Shown here in pieces: positions 54,564-64,000 of a stretch of DNA of 64,000 nucleotides. Source of the DNA: Trichoplax sp. H2 (Eukaryota); contig NOWV01000011.1 in assembly GCA_003344405.1 (NCBI GenBank), positions 806,001-870,000 on the forward strand, written 5' to 3'. The position numbers were made by a program, and so were the translations under genes. The notes beneath the pieces are model-generated. The model was given only the letters and a program-made list of their open reading frames with translations. It was not told the origin of the DNA and did no database searches. The number at the start of each line of letters is the position of its first letter. The stretch's first letter is position 1.

Positions 54564-55988
54564 CTATTTCGCATTCGGTGATTGTTTACTGATAGTGAAA
54601 ATTAGCAAAATTCTTAGTAAAAGCTTATACTATTTGCAATAAACTTATATACATACAATTTCTAATGCACAAGTAAAATAATGAATAATCCTGACGCAGA
54701 TGATGGTATTTTATAGTATTCACGCAGACATTTGGAGGAACTTAAAGTACACGATTGAAGTCAACTCACGTGTCAGTGAAGGCAAATTTGTCCTTAACAC
54801 ACTGCAAAATTTCCTCTGGATCCTTGCCTTGAATATCCAGTGTTTTCATATTACCATCATCTTATACCGTAATATATGAAGATACACGTTAGATATAAAG
54901 TCTAGCTTTTAACTTTCTACAATTACTTGCACTGTAAGAATAAGCTATCAGTTAAGGTAAACGGAGTTAAGAATTATTACAGTTGGATGTTTGACTCAGC
55001 TCACTAATTTATATATAGAAATTATGCAATCGCTTCTCGTGGACTGCATATTACTCTACGCATGTTATCTCAAACAGGGATAGGCAATACCGCGGTAGAT
55101 TGAAAATCGTTAGGTATACTTTTGGAATAGCTTGAGTTTGCTGCATAGCTTATAGTATGAATTAAAGTATAGTTTAGGGTATACGTGTAGTAGACCTATT
55201 ACATCCCTGATCTCAAAGGTAGGTACAATTTTCTGTATACTATGGTACATAAAAAGTCATTGGCCTCATTTTATATAAGCCCATAGGCAAGAAATAGATA
55301 ATTAGATTGAAGAAATCAGCCTTATACCACTACAACAAACTTACTTAGTTCAACAACGATAGCGGATACATCGCCTTTACTTTTAGAGAATAGAACGCTA
55401 GGATTATGAAATTTTAGCTGAGGAACTTTGTCATAGTAAAAATACCTGCAAGAATGCATTATCAAAGTTAGAGAAAATGAAACAAACCGAGCTCAAGTCG
55501 ATCATATATAAACATGTCTAAAGTATCACAGCGTCGATACTCAATGTAAAAATCGATACAATATAACAAGATGCAGCAACAAGTCCTCGACCACTTGCAT
55601 CATTACAATGGATGCATAGCAATTTTATATCAAGTAGCAATAGTAATTATTTTAAAATAAGGGTACATATATTGCATATGTAGCCAGAGTTGTATTCCGT
55701 CGCTGGTGATGAGAGGAGTATTTAAGAATGCTATACGAGTATAAGCAGTAGGATAAACGATCTTCAACACATACAGTACACGCTCTTATTGTCCCATTTT
55801 TAAGCATACGCGTACATGAAGAATACTTGCCTAGCTCCAAATGATCCTCGACTATTCCGTCCTGCTACTATTTTCATTTGTTGGACATTCTCATTCAGTA
55901 GTACTTTATCGCTATTTAAATGCTGGAATGACCTTTTGATGGCTGCTCTTCCAAGACGTGGTAATTTATTAGCACTTCTAGTCGCCAT
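54564..55988 (-). CDS. MRPS25 paralogue (L51/S25/CI-B8 thioredoxin-like fold), ~124 aa, lacking the Cys-rich C-terminus
   Basis: Exons 55831-55988, 55345-55445, 54770-54860 and probably 54564-54588. Translation: MATRSANKLPRLGRAAIKRSFQHLNSDKVLLNENVQQMKIVAGRNSRGSFGARYFYYDKVPQLKFHNPSVLFSKSKGDVSAIVVELNDGNMKTLDIQGKDPEEILQCVKDKFAFTDTKQSPNAK. Intron 1 is GC-AG. If the last donor is read through, the ORF stops at 54766 instead. Confidence 0.8.
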
Positions 55989-56719
55989 GACAGCAGCTCT
56001 TCGATTCACCTCCTTGCTGGTCCTTCGATCAGTGATTATACCTCCAAAGTAGCGCTACCTAACAGTCTATCAACGTCTAAACAATTCTCTACTGCTTTAT
56101 CGTTATAGAATTAACACATCTATCCAATACTAGCTGGGCTACAAATGTCTCTTTCAGATTAAGCAATGACGACCATACGGACATGGAAGAGTGGAGGCAG
56201 AACTCGAAGGAGCTTGCTGAGGAAGAGGCTCGCGGTTACCACCCATCATAAAAGGTTTTACTATGGAAGATCTGGTAGTGAAGGGGCAGTAAGCTAGACC
56301 ATACTGCACTTTATTGCCATACAGAACCCTATTAGAATATTAAGAAAGTTGTGTGGCCAGGTGCGTGGGGTGCAGTAGCGACCAGTGTTATGCCGTAAAC
56401 TGCTTACTGTATAGGGTATAGGAAGGTACAGGGGCTATAAAATACATTGTCATGCCCTTATCTGGTAATGACAAAGGAAGTCGTATGTATATCGTGTTGA
56501 AAAGAGACGAGAAGGTCTCTAAAGGGCGACAGCTTATTTTGCACATTTTAGGTATAGAGTTAGTGTTACGTACCGAACAGATCTATACGAAAATCGCCCA
56601 TGCCTTGGACTGGACAGACTGTGGACAGACGAGAGCCTACAGCTCATTGCATGCTCTCTATCCAAGGGGCCACTTGCAGCGCTCAGCCATAACTTCAAAC
56701 TCAAATTATTGATAGAAAA

Positions 56720-58109
56720 ATGAGGGGTAAAAGCAAAATATTCCTCAGATCACTGGATTATTTGTCCAAATGGAAGCTACCGTTAAAGAATTCAGTGAAT
56801 AGTATCACAATTTCCTATAATACACACGGAGGTATAAGCAAAGGTTTGAGGTAAGTAGGACGTATGTTCCTTCTTCTGAGAGCAACAATGCCATCATCAT
56901 TCTCTCTTGATGGCCACTTGACAAATTTAGTCCATAAAATTGCCCTAACTATCTTGTATAATGTCAATGGTGTAGACGCCTATTCTACTGTACTCGAGTC
57001 ATTATGTACAGTATTACAAACTGATTACACTATCTATGTCAAGATTATCGTATCGGCTGTCTTCTACTGTATTTCCACAGAAGAATAGCTCAATTAATTA
57101 TACAGGATGATTACTAAAGCTTTAACTTGATTGCCTATAAATTTCTTACATCAAGAATATAGTATTAACCTTATTTTCAGCTATCATTGGTGTCTACTGC
57201 TCATAATACCCAGAAATTCTATAATTATAGGGAATTTGTAAAATATAAACTGCCGCAACTACAATACAACAATCCTAAAGTCCAAATGTTAAAATTTAAA
57301 AATCGCGCACCCGTGCCGAACATAACCCTATTCCATGGTAAGTCTAATAAAACTATCAATCTTGCATGTAGGCTTCCAATCAATTGGGTTATGTGCAATA
57401 CTTGATCATTATAACCTTTAAGGAATAAATTAAATGCACGAAGGGAGTAATAATCGATTGTTTACCATATAAATAGGCTAGGGTACAGTTTGATAAGTTC
57501 ACTGTAAAATGAAATAAGTTCTATTAATAGCAAGCTTTGCAGATAGTGTTACAAAATTTAATCGCCATGTTCATTTGGTACTACGATTATAGACTCTCTA
57601 TTTCATTTTATGTTATGTTTAACGTAGCTACAGTTAGAATTGGGAAAAAAATGCATTTTGATCAAATATCAAGTTCTGTAATTATTGTACGTGTACGTTA
57701 AAAATTTAAAAATACTTCTTGCAGACGATGGAAGGAAATGGACTATTGATGCTGAAAAAACTTCTATGCAAGAACTGGTCATGCAACTTGAGTCTGTAGC
57801 TAAAAAAGACAGGTTAGAAAATGTGTAGCTCATACATATGATGTAACTTGGTCGCAATATCGGCCTTAAATGCAATATGGATAACAATATTTTACTCGAT
57901 ACAACTAACAATAGTATTATCCTCGTTATAGCAAAACTTTATTGCTTGAAGAACAGGCCAGAGCTAGCCAGCATAACCGTGCAAACTTTGGAGATGCTCG
58001 ACAAGGCCATTTCTGTATGTGCGAAATTCCAGGTCAGGTGTCTTGTCCAGCAAAAAGGCTATTATCGGAGAAATTTAGAAAGAAACCGTGGATGCAGAAA
58101 GGACAATAG
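56720..58109 (+). CDS. MRPS25: Mitochondrial ribosomal protein S25 (mS25), 167 aa, 4 exons
   Basis: Exons 56720-56850, 57231-57337, 57725-57812, 57932-58109. Translation includes LRSLDYL...LKNSVNSITISYNTHG...GLREFVKYKLPQLQYNNPKVQMLKFKN...ANFG...FCMCEIPGQVSCP, matching mS25 including the CxCE..GQVxC motif. Confidence 0.92.
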
Positions 58110-59866
58110 AAACCAAAATTACCATGTTAAATTATACATTATTTTAGCAATTAAATGTACATTGTGATTCCAATACGGCTGTATATAAACCATTTCGATA
58201 AAGTACTGCATTAATAAAGCGTAAATTTATGACGCAAGGTATCTACGGTATACAGTAACTTCAATATGATAAAGCTCGGTAAAAGCTTCATACCTTAAAT
58301 ATTCTGATAGATCGGATAGACATCCTTTTACTCTATGATATTTTCTGCTGTATTCATATTTGATAATGCCTTGACCTCACTGATTAACCACAGAATTAAA
58401 TTTTAATCTTAATCTTACTGTGTGCAGAGTGCCATTTTAACGATATTACCGTTATGCTTACTATCAGGGAAGATACATGTATTATCGATATATTGCTTAA
58501 AAACTTCATCACTTATTTTCAGCGCAATGCAAAGCAATATGGGTCTAATAATTAATTAATTAATTGATAGACCAAATTAGAAATTTTATCATATTAAAAT
58601 AGTTTTAAATTGATCACAGACTTGCAAAATCTTAACATTTCAATTCATTCAATGCTTAATTATGTATTAATTATCGAGTTACTGTATTTTCTGTAAAAAA
58701 AGGAAAGAAGCAATAATTAGCGGCAATAACGTGCAGTAAAACGATTCAATTGCAATCAAACTTTCTATGTTTACCGATAACCGACAACTTATGAAAAATA
58801 TCGTAATAGTAATCTTAGCAATAAAATTCGTTTGCATGAATTTCATTGCTAAGGTTACCGCTAATTTTCTTCAAGAAAGTTCATCGGAACCGAGGTGTCG
58901 GTGAAATTATACAGGGCGAAGCCTATCTTACCTCAAAACGCCATATTTCTCAAGTCAATACTGTACGACCGTAACCTACGCTTCTTTGTCCTCTCGGTGG
59001 ACGTATGTAATATGTCTTAAATATCTTACTGAAAGACAAATTACTTTTGTAACATCCTATTAATTGATAATACTGTCCCTCTGCATTAGACATGTAGCTA
59101 TACATTTAAAGGGTTATTACTGGCCACTTTCAGTTAATTGACATGACACATTTATATAACATTAGAGACCGAGAATGTAACAACCAGGCAACCCATTTAT
59201 TATTTATAAATCAAAGTTGCCTTAAATCTCTGCTAGTAGATCCATCCACTATTTTTAAGTATAATAAACCTGTATACTAACAAAAATCGAATGATTTTAA
59301 TCCATTATTCTAACTATTAGGATATATACAGTAGCAGAGTTCGTGCACATTGACATGCTACGCACCTACTTTTACTATACAATGTAAATGTTATAATGTT
59401 GTCAGCTATTTAGTATATTTAGACGACTCAAATATCTACAAATCGGCCTATTAATTTACAGAGAATACAATTTGAGAAGTAATGAATGTTAATAGAATGC
59501 TGTCATCAGATTGCATAAAGTACTGTCCTCTGGCGCATTTACAATATTGTAACAATTAAAATATACACTGTACATAAGTAAAAATCAATCCTGGTTACGA
59601 ACTACTAATGCTAAAATTATGTATGCAATCAATAACAGCTACCGTAGTTAGTCCTTTATCCATGATTTTATATAAGACTGTATATATATGTTATATACTG
59701 ATTAACAGACCTTCTTTTTCATAGCTTATCCAGTTCCTATTTATATTACTGTAGGACTATTTAAAGCGTATGAAATGCTAATAATAATCATAAATGTTGT
59801 AAAAAAATTTACGATCAGCTGATTTAAGAACTTTTGTAGTTTATATGATAATATAATAAACAGTTG

Positions 59867-62569
59867 TTATTGATTCATGATTTCGGCCTGTATTTCAGAT
59901 AAATTGCGTTCTAATGAAGCAACGTCGTCATATTTTCCTTCACTTCTAGCTATTTCAATGTATTTTCTTAAGTTTTTAGCTTGCTCTTCCCAGACATTAA
60001 TTACATCTTCCGATGGAGCACTAATTGATCCGCGTACAACCCAATCATGGTTGGCTATTGCAGTAAAAATACATACCATAGTATATAACCCTTAATATTT
60101 GTATAGATATAAAACACAAGCTAGACAAGTGCACAAATCGATATATACTTTTACGTACTGTCATTCTTGGAAGCAACTCGTCTTCGTTGGAAACTATCAT
60201 TTGTATTAATATCTGATTTGACAGCAACAGAATGCTGATTTTTAGAAAATTCAACTCTAGATGTAGATTCTCCCCTATCAGGAGACATCGACGCCTGGTT
60301 TTTTGTATATTCTGCTCGTACTAAATTTTCGGCTCTTTCTAATTCAATCTTTCTTTGAATAACTGCTTTTCGCTGCCGTTGTAGATTATTCAATTCCTCT
60401 TCAGTAGGTAATCCAGGTAATGTTAACATTTTATCTTGTAAAAACTTAGTTGCGAATTGTCGTATACCGCGTCGCAATTTTTCTGAAGCAGAGTTAAACA
60501 ATGTAGCGGAATCGGCCATGTCTACATCTAAAACGGCGATTTTTTTGCTGCCATAATATAGTAAGTGTATGTTTATTTCATTAGCATACAGTACAAAGAG
60601 AGTAAATTTATTATTTCAGTAAATCATATCATATCATTACCTTATTCCATCAATTTGTTCAAATAACTTGAGTAACTTAACGCGAAGATTGGCAGCGACC
60701 TCTAAACTATATTCACTCCCTCCAGCACTAAGTTTTAAAATAATCGTAGATACAATATGCACGTAAATATACAGATTCAAGCTGGTAACACAGCAGACCC
60801 GGTATGGGTATGGGACATGTTTTGATATAAACATCTCTAACATTACCAAAAAATATCTTTAGATAGATAGAAACCGCAAGACTATTTTACCTGAGTGATT
60901 TAGCCATTTTTTCGTAATCTGGAATACCCTTTGTAATAGAATCCATATTTTCTTTCATTTTCTAAATTACAAATTATGTATCCATTATTATCTTACATAA
61001 AGTACTGTACACATTTTTTACAAAAGAATAACATATACATACGGGTACATATATAGTATTCATAATATTGTATTAACTTTGCTACAACAACACAATTATT
61101 ACTACCTCATAATATACAAGAATGACAGGGCTTTCAAATTTTTCCTTAAGATGTTGCATATACCTATTATTAAGTTAATAAGACACAAACATGTTATTGC
61201 TAGTGGCGAACCTATAAGACCAATAAACTATGTGCCTTTAGTTACATTTTGATCATTTACAGTTATCTAGTCAGTAATTACGAAATGAGTAAATAATCCG
61301 CGATCATAAGGATGAATACTATGGATTCAATCATTTATTTAAAGTAAAGTAAATATCAAAATACTACAATACAAGAAGTATCGGCTGCAGTTACTGTACG
61401 TGATAGACATACATCACCAAAGGTACAACATCGTTAATTTTAAGCCTAAAAGGTTTCTGTGAATCAAAATATATATGCCTATTTACCTTGATAAACGAAC
61501 ATTACAGTTTGGACAAACTCGAAATGGTTCGCTTTCATCATCTTTCTGATTGTTACTAGCACGAGAGCTGGCAGTTGGTTCAACTAGATATTCTATGATA
61601 TTAGTAAAATATGAATTTATCAGTTTCATTACAGAATCTTTAATGGTTAATTACTCTAGTTCATTATCTATTGAGCATACTCGCAGTGGATACAAGGATA
61701 AAATAGGAACATTTTGCACAGATGACTACACCACATAACCGGCAATGGTGTCTTCTCCTAGTAATGTTAAAACTTTTACCACAGCATTGGCAAGCAGATA
61801 CATCATCATCTTGTGTCCATGGCACTACTTTTTTCTCGGCAGCTATATTGAAACAAGAGAAATGATTCTTCTACTTTAGCGAAAATTTAAATCAGGAGAG
61901 ATTCGACTGTTTGCTATCATAGTTATCTATGTAGCTTACCTTTACGATAAAGTGGATTCACCTTGCTAACCTCGTTTAGCGATTTTAGTAACTAAAGATT
62001 TAAAAAAATCAGTTATACTCTTGGTAAAAAGCGATGCCAGTTTCTACAGTAAATACTTGGGTTAGATTCGTGCTAGTATAAAAGCAATATACTTTGTTGA
62101 TCTAGTTATACGGATACACATTGCAGAACAATACTATTTAGAATATCATAGAAGGGTAACAATGACAGCCTCTATACGATCAGACATAAAATCATTAATC
62201 TAGAATGAAGTTCAGTATACATACAATTAGGGCATCAAATGTAGCGTTCAGACTATATTATATTATTTATTGTGTAGATTTTAAGTTCGACGACATAATA
62301 ATTACTGCAACTATTTGCTGAAATAACAGTTTAAGCTTTGATCATATCGAGATTATCCAATTGTACCGTAAGTCAGAAAGTGTGTCATAATTTAACTAAT
62401 CTATCTATACTATGCTACAATGACATGGTCGCAATGTTCAAAGATAAGACCTAAGATAGGTTTATTACCTTTTCTAGGCGAAAAACTAATTTATTCGTTT
62501 CCATAAAACCATGGTCAATAGACTGATTACGTAAGCGACGAAATTCTTCAGTTACACGATTGATTAGAC
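59867..62569 (-). CDS. RBSN: Rabenosyn-5 (FYVE-finger Rab5 effector, ZFYVE20); 5' exons not identified
   Basis: Exons 62469-62569, 61940-61991, 61681-61842, 61487-61583, 61106-61163, 60891-60961, 60641-60727, 60159-60547, 59867-60054. Motifs: ETNKLVFRLEK; FYVE domain VVPWTQDDDVSACQCC...RRRHHCRLCG..C..C...FRVCPNC; LPGLPTEEE; terminal Rab-binding helical hairpin EQAKNLRKYIEIARSEGKYDDVASLERNL. Confidence 0.92.
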
Positions 62570-64000
62570 CTGTAATTAATAAATACACCATTTTAATGTA
62601 ATTGATTGATTTTAAATACTAGCATCTAGTAAGAAAAGCTTTACTACCCCAAACATGAAGACCTATCTAGAACAGCCTATATCGCAATCTATTCAATTGC
62701 GTTGCTTTCTATTTTATACCAAGCCAAGAATGGCATATAGTGAACAAATTTAAATATTTTATCAAATTGTAGAACAAAATGGGGGTGTTATATCTATCAT
62801 CAAGTAGAGAACTAGAAATGCTATCTCCACCTATATCTTTCCAAGAAACGTTTCATTTGTATTTGATTAATATAAGGCCAACATCTGGTGTACGCTAATC
62901 GCATACAACTTGAGTGCAAACAACAAGGATTTCATGGGTAGAATCAAACTGAATTATATATACGAGTAAATATCTACTATTAACACCAAAAATATTGATT
63001 ATCACAAATACTTATTTTGTTACAATATCAGATAATCTTGGCAATAAGCATGGGGCTAAAGAAAAATAGCAAGCTATTGCAATAAAGACAAAACCTTTAC
63101 ATTTATTATCATGTAGCTAATAACTACATGGAATGGAATGTAATTAAACACCTATGAGGATCACCCAGTTTGTGCGAAAATAACGGCTCTGTCAATCAGT
63201 GCTAAAAAAGAATGAAGTAATAACCCCCAAAGTTTCCTATTCTAAACCCAATGTAAACTAAATTTAATGGTAGTTAACACGTACACATCTTGATCATAGT
63301 GATACTGTACCGGTAAGATGACTGTAAAAGTAATCATGAAATAATGCAAAAGTATAGTAGCATAACAATTCGTTGATGCTCGTAGAGAGTAAAAGAATGA
63401 ACGGTATCTTGTACAAAGTAGGTATAAAAGATCATTTCAAGAGGAAGGTCAAAGACTCTTGCCAATTGGAGCAAAACTGTCTTATTCTAATCTAGTTGCT
63501 AGTCGAGATTATTACTTGATGATGAGCTATCACAAGTCTATTATTAAGCTGGACTGTCTTAACAGTTCCATCCAGAATATGTAAATCAAGGTCTGGAGCA
63601 AATTAAAAGTACAAGTAACTCTCTTCCTGGCTACTTCCAGCATACCAGTATATTGTTATATTGCTGAAAGGAGTGCGATATAAACAGAATGTAGAAATAT
63701 TATCATGGATCAATAATATAGTTACACCGTATATATTTGGTATGACTATTTCACTGCATGCGGGTCAAATAAAATCATTATAATGGCATTCCATTGGATA
63801 GAGGAAAGGTGGCAAATTCACAGAAGAAAGTATAGAAATAGCGAATTTATTGGCTCCATTGTAGGCAGTCGCTCGTTATTTCTGTCCTTTCGTATTCTAT
63901 AGTATAACGATTAATTATTGCATGCTTTTAATGGTAGTTTAGCTTCCCCTGAACCACAGTAAAGTGCTGTTGCTCATCTCCTACTGTCTATGTATGGAAG

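Noticed and set aside
62570-64000. Upstream RBSN exons (N-terminal C2H2 zinc finger)
   Set aside because: I found no convincing CxxC...H...H exon; it probably lies beyond the window or is too diverged to see.

Overview
AT-rich, intron-dense eukaryotic genomic DNA from a compact animal genome. Short introns and exon boundaries resembling the human orthologues suggest an early-branching metazoan such as the placozoan Trichoplax, but that assignment is inference. I assembled nine multi-exon protein genes by hand from splice signals, and they alternate strictly in orientation: a >1660-aa disordered protein with a C-terminal EF-hand pair (-, runs off the left edge), TBC1D30 (+), GEMIN2 (-), PIGN (+), CDK1 (-), an ARMC10-like TM/armadillo gene (+), an unannotated MRPS25 paralogue (-), MRPS25 (+) and rabenosyn-5/RBSN (-, 5' end not found). 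The main result is a head-to-head pair of mS25-family genes with identical intron positions and phases; the second copy lacks the Cys-rich C-terminal tail and needs a GC-AG intron to be read. Other observations: probable ancient MRPS25-RBSN linkage, a U12-type intron in PIGN, a candidate CCAAT+CHR CDK1 promoter, many local tandem duplications (one with higher-order structure), hairpin clusters, and a 1.1-kb false duplication around a 20-N gap. I found no tRNA, rRNA, CRISPR array or intact transposase. Homology calls come from remembered family motifs, not database searches.
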